A DNA stretch of 64,000 nucleotides from Phoronis australis. Lineage: Eukaryota; Animalia; Phoronida. The DNA is taken from positions 1-64,000 of the forward strand of contig NMRA01000656.1 in assembly GCA_002633005.1 (NCBI GenBank), given 5' to 3'. Under the pieces are notes generated by a model. That model ran no database searches. It saw only the letters and a list, made by a program, of their open reading frames with translations, and was not told the DNA's origin. This document shows positions 1 to 13,877 of this stretch, piece by piece (position 1 is the first letter of the stretch; the number at the start of each line of letters is the position of its first letter). A program made the translations under genes and the position numbers.

Positions 1-48
1 TGCATAAGTGCCATAAATTTATGTACAGTCTTTTTATCATTATCATAC

Positions 49-145
49 CATCGTCAATAATCCAGTCATCATCTTGACGTTTGCGAACTATTTCAGAATA
101 CTCTTCTTCATCGACGATGTCGTACACTGCCGATTCATCTTGAGC
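49..145 (-). CDS. POLA1: DNA polymerase alpha catalytic subunit, coding exon 3 (gene continues off the left edge)
   Basis: Translates AQDESAVYDIVDEEEYSEIVRKRQDDDWIIDD, matching the conserved Pol alpha N-terminal motif VY..VDEE.Y...V..RQDDDWI.DD. Flanked by AG acceptor and GTATGA donor; 97 nt, phase 0 to 1. Confidence 0.93.
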
Positions 146-2008
146 CTGAAACCATGGCAGCAGAAGTTGTGAAAGAGTTTCAAACTTAAATTATTAATAA
201 CATCTTAAAGAATGGTCGAATGATTAAACTTATGACAAAGATCACGCACACTATGATATGAAAAAAAAATAATCAAATCCTCTGGCAATTACTTTACTTG
301 TCCAGATTTACAACCATGTTTAGATTAACGTCAAATCATTTTTAAATATTAACAGCCACAGTGTTCTCCACATCTGAAAATCTAAACAGGTCGCACGCGT
401 AAAAACTGCAACATGCAGGAACCGCGCGGCGGTCAACGTTCTCCATAAGCTAGTATGCACCTAATTTTTACCCATGCATTTTAATAGTAATACACAGTAG
501 TGCAACCAAATAACTGTGCTTATTCAACTTTTTATTCATTTGTATTGCTGTCTGACGTTGTCGACAAAAATTCAGTTCGTACCGTTCGTGACACAGATAT
601 TTGCGATTTGTTGACCGAGCCCGGCAATATCACCACCATCCGGTCCTGGATTATCTGTCGTATCTGTATCTGAGTCAACGTCAGTATCTGAAACATCTCT
701 CGGTTTTTAAAATAATCCTTAGGCTTAGCGGTCCTTCGCCTTCCCGCAGCAGACGACACTTCTTAGTATATAGAATGCGCACGTCAATCGGTAACGGAAG
801 CCGGGATAGAATTCACTAATGTAAGGACCACGCGAGGTAAACAAGACTCTGTGAGATTACGCGAGATATTACCGTGACTTCAATGAGAGCACGTGACTTT
901 GGCTACAATTTCTCAGCACGAGACATATATTTTGAACTTTACTCAGTGACGTCATCCACTGTCCCAAATCTCGGAATACTCCCCCGAAATCGCAAACGTC
1001 AGGCACGAGCACCGAAGTCGAGTTAGCGAACGCTTGGCAGATTTTTAGAGGAAGTATGCGCCATAGATGTAATGTTCATGCTGCCTACGAAACTCCTTAT
1101 AAGGCAACGACATGAACTCGGTTAATCTCAATGGTCGGTGGCACCAAAAGTAACCAATAATATCCATCTACGTGGGAAATACACAAACAACAACCAATGA
1201 TAACCATCAAAAGCATTTTCATGCAAATGTTTATTGAGACTGGTAGCGGTAAAATCTGTGTCGTGTGTTCCACCCAATATTGAAAAATGTGCTACGAAAA
1301 ACAAAATTCTGGCCTCCCAGAAGACGGCTGTAGTCTAAACTGCTGCGCAGCGGTGTCTTTGCTGACAACATATACTTCGCTGACAACATATACTTCGCAG
1401 AACTAACCACCAAGTTTTAATTATTTTCAATGGGTAATATGATTAGTTGTCCGCCAAACACAAAAAGGTGACTTCAAAAGCGAATAGGCCTAGCGTAGGC
1501 CTAACGAACAGCGACTTTAGTGCCGGACTGCAGGTAGTGGATTAGGCATATAGGTACCACTGGGCCTTTGTTTAAATTCAATTGACTATAACTAGTTGTT
1601 CCAGATGAAGTAAATAGATAATTGAGAGATTATTTACACGCCGCGTTACACCATAAATAGACTATTGGCCCAGTCTGCCGCTTGAGTGAGACCGGTGATT
1701 AGGCTGACCAATTGGCCTTTATTCATTTTTAATGGGCTATGGCCAGTTGCTGTCAAGTGAAGACCTTATTAATGATGACGACATCTTTTTTACAAAGTAG
1801 TCCCTATATGTTTAAACTGGCCGCGGGATTTTTAAACAGGACGTGGGATTTTTAAACAGGACGCAGGACATTTAAACAAGACGTGCGTTCAGCCAAACAG
1901 GACACTGTGACACGTTAAAAGTGGGCGTGGAGAACACTGACTCTAGACAGTGAGAGTATTTACGACAATGAAAAAATGACATGTTTAAGACAGGCAGGGT
2001 ATGAAAGG

Positions 2009-3722
2009 TTAAGTAAATTTAAGCCACTTTTTAATATTTACTTTAAAGGTAGCAATTGAAATGGACCGTTTAATTTCTGGTCTAAGGGAATTCCATATTA
2101 TAGCAGCTGCATGGATAAAAGATCTCTTGCCCATCTCGGTTTTAATTTTTTTAGAAGAAACATTGCCAGCAACAGAAGAACGTGTAGAATATACAGCCCG
2201 ACTGTTATTGAATTTACTGCTGAGATATGCTGGAGCCAAGCCATTGATACATCTGTACATACAACAGGCAGAGAGATATTTATTTCTTTGTCTTACTTTC
2301 ATAAATCCCAGCTTGGAATACAAGTCGTCAACCCTTGTGCCCCTAATTTTAGTACCCAGGATAGCACTGGCGGCAGTGTGGCCTGGTTGATAAGTGCCCG
2401 CTTTCTGTACTCGAGGTCGTGGGTTCAAGTCCCACCAGGTCACACTGCTAAACCCTTGAGCCAGGTTTCTAGCTCCTCAGCTCGGTTTTAACCATATATT
2501 AATAAAGCATAAAAATATTTCCAGGTGATCAGTGCAATGGGCCCACATGCGAGGCCTGCGCACGTCTGGTGCAACGTGAATCAGACCGCCTGCAATTATT
2601 TTTTTTATTATTGAATTTACTGTTGAGATATGCTGGAGCCAAGCCATTGATACATCTGTACATACAACAGGCAGAGAGATATTTATTTCTTTGTCTTACT
2701 TTCATAAATCCCAGTCGTCAACCCTAGTGCCCCTAATTTTAGTACCCAGGATAGCACTGGCGGCTCTATTTTGGATCACTTGAACTTTGCTGACAAGTGT
2801 GTCACTAGTGTGCCCCCAAACCGATAAACAATAATCAATATGAGGCTGAATAATAGAATGTTAAAGGGTCTTAAGAGTACTGACATTATGAAATTTGCCT
2901 AGACGTTTAAGTACACAGATTTTCTTTGATAATATCTTTGTGATATGATCTATGAGCATATTAAATTCAAGATTGGGATCTAAAGTAAGGCCCAAGTACT
3001 TAAACTTGTCAACATTCTCGATGGGAGAACCGTTGACAGACAGGGATAGTTTTTGTTGTTTTAATTTCTGGTGGGTTCCAAACAGCATCGACTTGGTTTT
3101 ACTAACGTTAAGAGTCAAATTATTTTGAATCAGCCAGTCATGGATAAGGGCTAACTCATCGTTGAGAGAAGTTTCGAGTTCTTTTACTGATCCAGCTGTG
3201 GACATAATTGCAGTGTCATCAGCGTATAAAACTGGGACACTGTTGTGGAGGACAGTAGGGAGGTCGTTAACAAAAATAGTGAACAATAGAGGGCCTAAAA
3301 TGGAACCCTGGGGTACCCCCGTGATTACGGTTGAGTAGTCAGAAAGTATACCACCGTATTTGGTGGCCTGTTTACGATCGTATAAGTAGTTTCTAAACCA
3401 AAGGAGTTCGTTATCATTAACTCCATAAGACTCTAGTTTCTGCAACAGGATACCATGGTCCACAGTGTCAATGGCTTTCTTAAGGTCAACAAAGACAGCA
3501 CCAGTAAGTCTCCCCTGATCCATATTATTAAAGATAAACTCAGTAGCACGAATGTTTGTAGTAAGAGTGGAATGCAAGGGGCGGAAACCAGACTGTGCTG
3601 CCAAGAGAAGGGAATTTTGCTCCAGGAACTGGTGAAGCTGCTTTTGAACACACCTTCCAAGAATTTAGGACACTGCAGGGAGGACCGATATTGGTCTATA
3701 ATTATCGCAACTTGACTTTTTA
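2009..3722 (-). mobile_element. 5'-truncated, frameshifted CR1/L2-group non-LTR retrotransposon (RT domain and C-terminus)
   Basis: ORF 2861-3604 has QSGFRPLHST, FVDLKKA.DTVDH, GVPQGSILGPLLF, YADDT and KYLG. An upstream YRPISVLP is in another frame; the C-terminal KRSF...A..IWNSL lies at 2009-2370. Confidence 0.93.
2372..2607 (+). mobile_element. tRNA-derived SINE inserted in the LINE
   Basis: A box TGGCCTGGTTGA, B box GGTTCAAGTCC, TTA/T-rich tail; a diverged second copy lies in reverse at ~56655-56851. Confidence 0.82.
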
Positions 3723-3872
3723 CCATCTTAAGATACAGAGGCAAATGTAAAAAACTAAAATTGCCACTAGGGGGCACAGCGGTATTCGGGTGGGTCCGAA
3801 ACTCGTCCCCCTCTGTTGACAACCCCATACAAACACACCCACCAAATTTCATTAAGATCCTGCAAGAAGTTT

Positions 3873-6551
3873 CAGAGGCGGATCTACGGGGGGGGTTCAG
3901 GGGGTTTAAACCCCCCCCCCTTGGGCCAGGACCCAAAATTAAAAAAAAACAAAAACGTCGTCACCAAAACAAAAACGACACCACCAGCGTGTGTAAACCC
4001 CAAGTAAACCAACTTGGAAAAAAATGAGGGGGGGGTTCACTCTGAAAAAATAAATTTTTGAATTGCAAATTGCTGTTATGAAAATCAACGCATTTTGAGT
4101 CTTCGTGGATCATCGGCAAAACGCGCGGAGATCAATTGTGGGCGCGCTTCCGTCGACACTTCTGAAGTTGCCAAGCATTTTAGATGGATTCACCGCTGAA
4201 AGAGCAGCTCTATAGCTGATTTCTTTAGATAACTAGCTTCTTTACTCTAAGATATAATTTGATTTGATTAGGGGAAATACTGTGGTGCCGCAACCCTGAT
4301 ATTCAGGCAAATTGACGTGCAACGTTTTTACCTCATCTGTCATTCCATTATACCCTACACGTTTGTAACTCGAATTTGACTGGTGTATAGTAAAGTTGTC
4401 TTGCGCAATACATACAGTGTAGCCTACATGTACATGTAGTATTTTTGAAAAGAACTCGTTTTCCGAAGAATTACTATTGTCGCGGGCGCCGTGGTCTGGT
4501 CGCGGAACCGTTTGAAGATGCACTCTAACAAGCTATGTCTATACAAAAAATGACCAAGGGGGCACTCACATTGACAAAGTGACCGCATTCGCGAACAGTG
4601 TACAGTACCAGAAATTGCGGGGAGGCTGTATTTTTACAGCAAAGTCTTGAGGGACTCGTGCGATGTTCAATAGGCCTCCTAAGGAGCTCTAGTTCCGACC
4701 TCAATACCTACCGTCTTTCTACCTGCAATAAGCACCACTGCTGTCTTCTATACTGGCAATTTCCGCAGAAATTCCCACCCGATGAAACGCCCATGACCAT
4801 GGGCATTTATTTGATGTTAGTACTTGGGGTTTCAAGCGTTCAGACATTGGGACGTTTATTCCGAAAATGGCAAGAGATGCAAATAGGTCCTGGGATACAT
4901 CGACTAGGTTTGAAGTAGTTCATGATGAACGGATCAAATTTAGTTGCGCATGTAAGTCTTTTGAATGGACTTGGCAACCTCAGGGGGTTTCATAGTGCCA
5001 ATTGAGCTGCCAAACGACATTGTAGAGGCTTACAAGCTCATTGACACAGCAGTTGACGAAGTGCAAGCGTTGGGAACAAACATCAAAGATGCCTGGGTAG
5101 AATGGTTCCAAGACGAGCAAACCATTGGATCCCGCGATATACAGATTCCTCGGCAGTCCAGACAACAGCAGAATAGGACTAACGTTCCTGGATACATACC
5201 CACGTAATAAGATATAATTCTACACAGTTTGTACATAATGTCGGTTTTTATGCTTGTATACAATGAAAACGAAATAGAAATTATTTTTGGTCATGCCAAA
5301 TTTACCCAATACAGCAGAGGGTCTACGAGTGCACAAAAACTGATTCTGGTTTGTATTTCCACTTGGCTCTGTCTGCTTCATATCCAAAATTAATTTCACG
5401 TAGTGCGTAGTTAAATTTGTACTCAATACTTGTTTCTTCCAGTGAGTATTACAGAACGGTGCGAAAACCCTTCCTAGACAACCTCTCGCAGCAGTTGACG
5501 ACCAAATGTATAAAATACACGTACATGTATGAGCAACCACTGGGAATTTAAAAGTGTCTAGAGAGAGGTTTTCAATTCAAAAGTTTTTGCATAGTACGCT
5601 TTAGGTCTCGCGAACTAGTCTGGTGATGTTTTTTTACCAAAGTGTGCTTTGTAAAACTATTCATCTCAGCCAGAACTGTTTGGTCCCGCGACAGATCGAC
5701 TATTTTTCTAGGGATAATAAGCACAGGTGTACTTTTGGTCTCGTGATGGACCAGGCGTTTTTGTGTACTCTCAGTGTACATCTGGTCCCTCTGCGAACTG
5801 GTCCTGATTATCTTTTCACCACGATGTACAGAATGTTTTGGTTTCGTGAAACTGTTTTCATATGATTCGTTTCCAAATACATTTGACGTTTTTCAATTGT
5901 TGTCAACGTGATTCAGCTTAATAAAGTGATACTTAATTGTTTATTGTCGCTTTTAGTAATATACTATGTGTTGAGAGCACCATCGTTTGCCAGTTTTTCT
6001 CATAACGAGACAGAACACATGTTTATTTCGAGACTAACAGTACAGGTCTTTGTTCTTAAACAACTTGAGGCTGCTGTTACGCGATCATCTGATATTCAAT
6101 TTTTTACTCCCCGTCGGTGCTTCTTATGCTCTTGAATATTTGGTAGTTGGCTAAACCCACACACACACCACACCTTTTCATATACGACTTTTCGCATGCT
6201 AAAAAGGTGTGTATAAGCAGATGTTCCAACAAAAATTTTTGCTGGTGGCGCGACTCATACCCAGATGTGCACAAATATGGTTTCACGAAACTTATGAGCC
6301 ACGTTCATGCGACGAAATCGAGAAGGATTTTAAATTATCTTAAGAAAAACTCAAGAGACATGTTAAGTGCCAGAAACTTACCAGGATGCATGGAAATTTC
6401 ACTATTTGGCTACAAAAACAAAAAATTGTTTTACACGGAGGGGGGGAAACCCCCCCTCCCGACCCCCCCCCCTCTCGGCGCCACGCGCCTAGGATTCGAC
6501 CTTTGCGGGAATCCTAAACCCCCCCTTACTGAAAACGTAGATCCGCCCCTG
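3873..6551 (+). mobile_element. Degenerate hAT-superfamily DNA transposon
   Basis: TIRs CAG(A/G)GGCGGATCTACG at both ends, flanked by an AGTTT direct repeat. Internal remnant IPRQSRQQQNRTNVP (4965-5207) resembles the PR...RQ..R.N.P motif of PRKRIR/THAP12-like hAT transposases. Confidence 0.8.
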
Positions 6552-6973
6552 AGTTTAGGAGATACAGCCACAGACGCCGCACGCCCAGACAGAGATGACA
6601 GCAATATGCATCGACATATAAATATGTGGGCACATGAAAACTAAACTTGCCACTAGAGGGTACACCTGTAATCAGATCCGTCTGAAAGTTCGCTCATGTC
6701 GTCCCATCCATGAAAGGAACACATGTGCAGAATTTAATGAACATACGTCAAAAGGTTTTGGAGATAGAGCAGCGGTTGCCCGACAAACGGACAAGGATGA
6801 TAGCATAATGCGTCCTTTTATAAATATGTGGGCGCATAGAACAACTTTTAAGTTAAACTTTTAACTTAAAAAGTTTTACTGCTCAAAAAACTTTTAACTT
6901 AAAAGTTATTTTCTTAACACTAAAAGCTTTTCAGCCAAAAAACTGGAGTTAATATTAGCAATGGTACTTTTAC

Positions 6974-7095
6974 CGTTTCTTCATATTTTACTCTTTCACC
7001 AGTTTGCCTCGCTTTCTTGAACTTTTCGAGAGCCGCAAATCGTCCAGATTTGTCCACTCTTGACCTCCTTGAGCGGTTTCTTGCAAGAGAGGCAC
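6974..7095 (-). CDS. POLA1: DNA polymerase alpha catalytic subunit, coding exon 2
   Basis: (G)ASLARNRSRRSRVDKSGRFAALEKFKKARQTGERVKYEET resembles POLA1 SRARREK..K.GR..ALE.LKKAK.GEK.KYE. TTGCAG acceptor and GTAAAA donor; phases fit exons 1 and 3. Confidence 0.9.
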
Positions 7096-8378
7096 CTGCA
7101 ATAGTAGGGCACACCAGGCATATATTTACCAACATTCAAATCAATACTTTTCCATGTTTATGTGCCTAATATATTGATGTGTATTGAGTTTGGTCAGATC
7201 CAATACCATTGATCAATATCAAGTTGGGAAGATGACTTAAACACTTTTCAACAATAATGGGTGCCCGATTGCCCGTGTACATGTAGATTTTGCGTCGATG
7301 GGCAAGTTAAAAACCTGGCCGCATAAGCAAGTAGATCCTAAGATTGTCTGCTCGACATTTGCTCCAAAGTAACGAACCCTGACACAAGTCTAAAAACCGA
7401 TGAAAAAGCCCGTGTGGCCGTCAACGAAACTCCCATCTTTGAATGATCACCGAAAGGAAAATAGAACGAGTGTGATACAGTGTGCACAGATGACGCCCGC
7501 GGTCAAATCCTTTCAGTTTTCTGAACGTGACCTGCAGTTTCTGAATAAGTTGTCACGAGATACTACTGATCATCTGCACTCTGGCAAAACGTCCAAACAA
7601 GGAAGCCCCATGCCTGGACGGCATTGGTTTAGTTGCTAAAAAACGAGTTCAGGATGAATCAAAGCAACAATATGAAATGAAAAGAGTGCGGGGATGGGTT
7701 CCGTCATGGGAAATTAGGTTTCTTGGCCTGGAGACAGTGAACAAGGGATGACGTCTGATTTTTGCCGGCGTTTACCCATGTACAGCTGGAAGCACTGTGT
7801 TCGTCGGCGGATGTAAGTCATACAGATAAGAGCAAAAGCTAAAAAATGAATGATTGACCACATATTTTCTACACTACACCACAGTTTTAAAGGCCTGGCA
7901 TTTATTTAGGGGGAATTACAAAAGAAATTCTCATGAATTCCCGGCTCCCGGTGGTGACTCCCGAAAGAAGAATAATACGGTCTTCAGGATTGTCGTTCTG
8001 AAGAATGACTTTTTCGCAGTCTATCTATTTTTCAAAAATGTAATTATTTATTGAAAATAAAAGTATATGTGGCATTATTATATGTTAAAATTTGATTTTA
8101 ATTTAATACAAGGTACCGATGACCAAAACTATGCAAGATTTTTACGGATAGCAAAAATTCAAATCAGGTTAAGCAACAACTCAAGTTTAATGCATGAGGG
8201 CGTAGGCCTATAAACTAATGCATACACAGAAGTGTCTAGAGTTCATGTCCTAGCTCATTTCGGCGCCTGTGAACGTGAGACAATGGTTCAGATACCATAG
8301 TTATTCTTCTAATTTGTCGAGTGTTTTGACACACCTTATAAATAAATGTTCTATAAGAATCATTAAAAAAATAGCAAC

Positions 8379-8624
8379 CAGGGGCGGATCCAGGGCACGG
8401 AATAACCAGAATTTCGGCTAAATTTTGGGGACGCAGAGGCCTCGAATGAGGACCTGTTGACTAAGAAAAAAAAGGTAAACCGGGTTTGTTCAGTTTGTTC
8501 AGGGCCTATGCGTTGTATATCACCCCCGATGAGCCCCTGCTTTCGCGCACCCGAACTCCCAATTGGTATCTGTTAGAATTTCAGGGGGAGCCATGGCCCC
8601 CTTGGCCCCCTAAATCCGTCACTG
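8379..8624. mobile_element. MITE with CAGGGGCGGATC-type termini
   Basis: CAGGGGCGGATCCAGGG ... CCCCTAAATCCGTCACTG; flanks GCAAC / GCAAT. Confidence 0.7.
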
Positions 8625-8821
8625 GCAATTCATGTATATAGCATGCACGACACAAGAGGAGGCTCAGCACAAGCAGCCCTACGGCAACACATTACCTACG
8701 TGTGCACTTGCTCGGTGCTATTTGGGCTTGTACCTGGGGCAAGTGAATTTGTAGTTCGGGCAAGTAAAAATTTCAACTACTAAAAAGTTAATGTGGCCTA
8801 AAAAGTTAATGTTGAGCCCTG

Positions 8822-8945
8822 TTACAGGACTGATTATCTCCATTCTGGCATTTATGGTTGGAGGGCCAGCTCTCTTTTGTTCGATAATTGCTCTAACCTT
8901 CAATAAGATCCTATCTAGCCTGACTGGACTGTGCTGTTAAAAATA
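8822..8945 (+). repeat. Interspersed repeat shared with ~59087-59207
   Basis: CCATTCTGGCATTTATGGTTGGAGGG.CAGCTCTCTTTTGTTCGATAA.TGCTCTAA...TCTAGCCTGACTGG is present at both sites; the two translated ORFs are visibly similar. Confidence 0.8.
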
Positions 8946-9869
8946 TTCTAAAACTTTACACTTTTCCCACCCCCTACCATCCCCCTTTTTGGCTCTTTTT
9001 GTACTTTAAGTTTAACTCAATCAATAACTCCTTAAGAGTCGGACTCGATATCTTCAGATCAGAGTTTTGTGTAATTGTTATGGTAATCGCCAGATGGCGT
9101 GTTGAAGTTGATGGCTGATAAAGTTGTTTGTTAGTATATGACATTGGCTCGGTTTTCTTCATTTATTGATCATATATGTTGGTAGCTGGTATTACCACAT
9201 ACACCACAATAATACACCACCATGTTTGTCTCAATGAGACAATTTTTTTATATGCAGCACATGTATATTCTTTTATTTTTTAAGAAATTATGTAAAATGG
9301 CAGATATTTTACGCATAATCGTCGCGTTTCAACGGCCATTTTCTCGGCAACGGCTCACACAATTTTTCTGAGTGTTGCACCATTTCCTTTGTCACACCAA
9401 GGGCTTTTCAAAAATGTATGACACATGGGTATTGCAAAAAAAAATTAAAAAAAACGTTGTCCTCCCTATTTTACGACTACTGATTTGACATATCTGTTCT
9501 TGAAAGGCTTGTCTCTTGACTGGGATCGTGACAGCAGACCATGATTGAAGCCGAACGCTCTGCTAGGCATTTCGTATGTTTAGGCTAGGCCAGATTAGTA
9601 AGTCATGAATTCAATGTTCTTTGTTTGAATACTTTTGCACCCGAAAATTAAATATTTTTGAACGGGTGACTCACGGTTCACTGCATGTGATCTTACTATA
9701 TTAAACTTTAAGTTAAGTACATTTTCCTTTAACCATTTTCTGTTTATTGGAAACAACAAACCCGAGGTACTGCGCCAAATAATCAAGTGTCTTTGATTTT
9801 AGAGCTGAATTGAAAACAAAAGACATTAACGCATTGATCAATAATAAAATAATCAAGACAATAGCCTAC

Positions 9870-9888
9870 CTTCATCATCCGGCGCCAT
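9870..9888 (-). CDS. POLA1: DNA polymerase alpha catalytic subunit, coding exon 1 (MAPDDE-)
   Basis: ATG GCG CCG GAT GAT GAA G|GTAGGC; phase 1 matches exon 2, and vertebrate POLA1 also begins MAP. Short, so less certain. Confidence 0.75.
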
Positions 9889-11213
9889 TTCTCAAATTTA
9901 GCGGGAGTTTGGTGTGATGTACGCCAATAAAAATGCCTCTTACATTGTGAACGCTAGATGGCAGTTATGTACGGACGGAAACACATCGAATCCCTTCGCG
10001 AAAGGAGCTAGTTTCGAAGTTAAATTAGTCAACGTTCCTTGAAAATTTCATAGTGTTTATCAACAGGTCAGTACAAAAATGTCTCGTTGAGGGTAAACTG
10101 CGTTGAGTGTAGGATATAAAAGTGTAAAGCATGGGTCGATCCCGTTTACTTTCCTAGTTTCCTACGTGCCTGGAAACATAACATGTTCTTTTTTATTCGC
10201 AGACAAACGTAAAACCTGTAGACTTTTTGTTTATTTTTAACTCTAACTAGTGACCGTGATGGCACTGTTCGGATATAGCGGTCTCTGTTTTAGCGTATCA
10301 GTTTCATCCACTAAATAACGGGCCCATTATTCGGTCCATTATTCAGTATTCAGTGATTGCCTGATTCTCTAAATCAGGGACCGCTGTATCTGACCAGTGC
10401 CGTGATGGTAAATATACTCGGGAACCCAATGGTCGTCCGCCTAAGCATAAAACCGACTTGCTGTTGTACTCACCGAATTATTCCACTTCAAAGTTATGAT
10501 CTGAATAGGATTCGATTTAACTCTCACAGATATACCGCATTCATCGATTCGGAAGTTTTCTTTAATTTGTGCCGAGTTATTTCAAATGTGCACTGCCTTT
10601 GGCAGCCATTTTATTGTGACACCTAAGGTCGTCATATGCTGCCCCCTTTTGTAAAAACTGAGAAACATGCAGAAAAAGGCCAACGAAGTAATGAAAATTG
10701 CAACAGCCTGTTTTTATTGACATAAACTCGATTTGAAGCTTTGATGTTGAGCTCTGCACTGTGGTTTCCAATAAAAGCCAATTGGACAACATTTCAATGC
10801 AGTTTAATGGTGAATGCGTGAGGCAAAAATGTTAAGAACCCAGCGTATCGCATTTGTCTGCGGATTTTTCCTTTGGCCTTCTAGATCCTACTAGTGCCTG
10901 GGACAAACAGATACATTGCATAAACAAACCCTGGATCATGTTTTGTGTCCCGTCGGAAGAAAATTTAAATTCGAAAACATCTTCTGAAAACGCACAAAAA
11001 AGTGTATTAGTAAAATCTACTGATTTTTAAGTGGTTTTAAAAAACAATCGGTAAACTCACCGATTTTTGTCTCATTACTTTGATACGTGTCTCTTCCGAT
11101 AAGTTAGTACCTAACGTGCAGACGAGCACTCCAAATTGGAACGCTAAGTCCCGCGTGGTTGCGCTGCACGCGAAACAAGATGGCGGACGACCTTTGGAGC
11201 CTGACGACAATAG
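9889..11213. promoter_or_regulatory. Putative bidirectional promoter region between POLA1 and SAP30BP, including a candidate SAP30BP 5' exon ending at 11213
   Basis: Head-to-head genes. E2F-like words near the POLA1 start (GCGGGAG ~9901, TTCGCGAAA ~9995). YY1-type AAGATGGCGG at 11177-11186 is followed by an AG|GTAACC donor at 11213/11214. Confidence 0.5.
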
Positions 11214-11719
11214 GTAACCGGACTATACGTTTTATTAAAGATTCAAAAAAAAAATACTGTACCTCAGACTCAGTCCTCAGTGGCGCAGCTGCTATAATAA
11301 CCATCTTTTCCCCTGATCTCAAAAAATTTCGAAGGTCACTGTTCCCCCTCGTCAGCGATATCACGCAACCTCAAGCCACGTCCTCTTCCTCTCAGTATGG
11401 TTTGCACCATCCCTGGTGGTTTGCCCTCGCCCATTGCCGGGGTGAAGCCCTGATGCCCATCTGGAGATTACCCCCTGGCTAAGCTGCAGCAGTATACAGC
11501 TGTACCATTGTGAAACATGGACTGATAGTTCACGATATAACGTGCATCGATGGAACTTCATATCTCAGTCCAACCTTCAAGCAAATTTGATCCACATAAA
11601 TTACTACATAGGGGTTGGCAACTATATGTTTTGCGCTTTCATTACTTTATCAATGTCTTTCTTATGAGAATTTCATTCATAAAAGATGTGTGTTATACAC
11701 TGGATAATGAAAATGTTAA

Positions 11720-13655
11720 GGTAGGTGGATACACAAAAAAATTAATTTTGACTGTTTTTTACATTTTCATATCATCCTAATCTTTAATTCTTGATGCACA
11801 GTATACTGAAGAAAAATAAAATCATTCTGAAAATCCAAAGTTGTTTTTTTAGCTATATTTGACCAAGCCTCAGTATGTCATATGGCTTGAGTGCTCACCA
11901 GCTCAGTGATTGACAACTGGGGCGGAGCTTATATACAAGGACACTAGCTCTAATCTAACCCTGTCAACAAGCACTGCGTAACCGGGCAATCGAGAGTGAT
12001 GTACCAGCTGATATTGGTGTTATAGCAAGACCAAGAATAAAACAATTCTATTTTTGACCATCTGAAAGTTGGTAGTGAAATGGTGAACTAGCTCCTGTTC
12101 TGAGCCTGAGCCTGTTTGTCTATCTGCAAAAAAATTAAGTTGAGTACTCCAAGCCCTACCGAAGCCATCACTGCACTCAGCTTGAGGAGTCCGTGCAGAA
12201 ATTGTACATGTATAAGAGAAGTCGGTAATATAAGGTCAGTTGTCTTGCGAGAGGACGCTGAGTGTCGACGTGGGTGGTGTTGCACGATTCGGTGAGAAAG
12301 CATGCACGCGCGACACATGGACAACTACATGCCGTCAGAGTAGAGTCTTCGCAGATAAACCGTGCTTCTGTGCTGGGAATGTGCCGTGGAGAAACTAGGC
12401 TGTCAAACCCAGGGGATTTTTAACTTGCTATTGGCCGTAACCCAAAGAATTAGAGAAATGACCCAGTGTTCAACATAACAAAAATTTTTCTCGTGCATAG
12501 ATTCAAACGTAACCCTGAATTAAAACTCATGATATTATACGATTTTAGAGGAAAGCAATATAAGAAACTTTAGTAACTTGAGAATCTCACCCAAGCGGTG
12601 CTATTTGCGCAGAAAGTGATATTTTCTTATCCCAAAGTCCATTCGGTACAGGCACGTAAAAATGTTGAACCATTACTATGAAAGTAGTTCTTTATCCTCG
12701 TCGCCAATATTGTTATGTAGGCAGTAACGCGGCGATTTGATATAACACATATATTGGTTGATGATAATATTGGAATACTAACAAATAGGTCTGTGTAATA
12801 TAGTTAGAGAGTCTTTTACAAACTGAGTGGAGAGTTCAGATGAATCGTATAAACAATCAACACATGGTGGTCGGCACACCAGTACAGCAGACAATAGATC
12901 AACGCTAAGCTCCGCCCACGTGACAGCCATATTTGTTTTGGTCGTCTGTCGTGCATCACAAGTTCGAAAAAATGATTAAAATTACGCTGTAAACAAACAG
13001 GTATGTCACATTTTTTAATATGAAGTAAATATCAGGTTTATTTCTAGTACTTCAACAAAAATTGGAACATAATGACCACGCATTCTGAACGAAATTTGAT
13101 CTCAAGTGGCAATCGATGACCGCTTAACTTCAAAGCCGTTTTTCTCGGCTCGTGATTTCAAGATAGTGACACGATTCTCGGGACCTATTTTTCCACAACA
13201 TGTGGGTCAATTTTAACGAAAGTTGCAAATTGGAAATCCTCTTGGACTGAATTAAAATCGCGTGCCAGGGTTTTTTGATAAATGGACCAGATTTTTAGTT
13301 ATTAGACGGAAAGTGACCAAATGACAAAAAGTGGCGTGCTTGCCCCAACTCACACACAAAAATGCCACAAAATCAAGATCATAATGATTTTGTACATATA
13401 TTTGGTATGGATAAGTAGAATATTTTGTAAGGAAATAGTTGATGATGATCCCTGTGCATTTTGAAAAAAATTCGAGGTAAAATTGGATTTGTTTAAAATT
13501 AAAAAATACGATTTTTAAAAAAAAAAACGAACTACAAAAAAACATTTTTTTTTCGATTTTTGTCACTTTCCGAGTCATGTCTAACTAGTTAAAACTCCCT
13601 TTTTACTCATTTTAGTTAGGAACCTGGAGATTTGATCAGTGTACATACACCTACC
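11720..13655. mobile_element. Non-autonomous Kolobok-like DNA transposon
   Basis: TTAA on both sides (11716-11719, 13656-13659); imperfect TIR GGTAGGTG(G/T)AT..ACAC with purine-purine termini. Confidence 0.65.
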
Positions 13656-13877
13656 TTAAGGTATCTAGTAAGTTACCATGGACATCACGCACATCTGTAG
13701 TAGGACTAACTTTTAGAAACATCATTTTTAGAACATAGTTCTGTTTCTGTGAGACGATGGCGGGTAAATCTCTGTTTCAGGAAAATTATTAGCACCTATA
13801 TCTCAACGCACTTCTGCGTGTCACTTCAGGAAACGCATTTGCTTAAATAACACGATGGTCTTGGTAGATGTTTAGTA

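Noticed and set aside
2861-3604. Reverse transcriptase as a retron, DGR or domesticated RT
   Set aside because: Motifs are typical of CR1/L2-group LINE ORF2; the copy is truncated, frameshifted and interrupted by a SINE.
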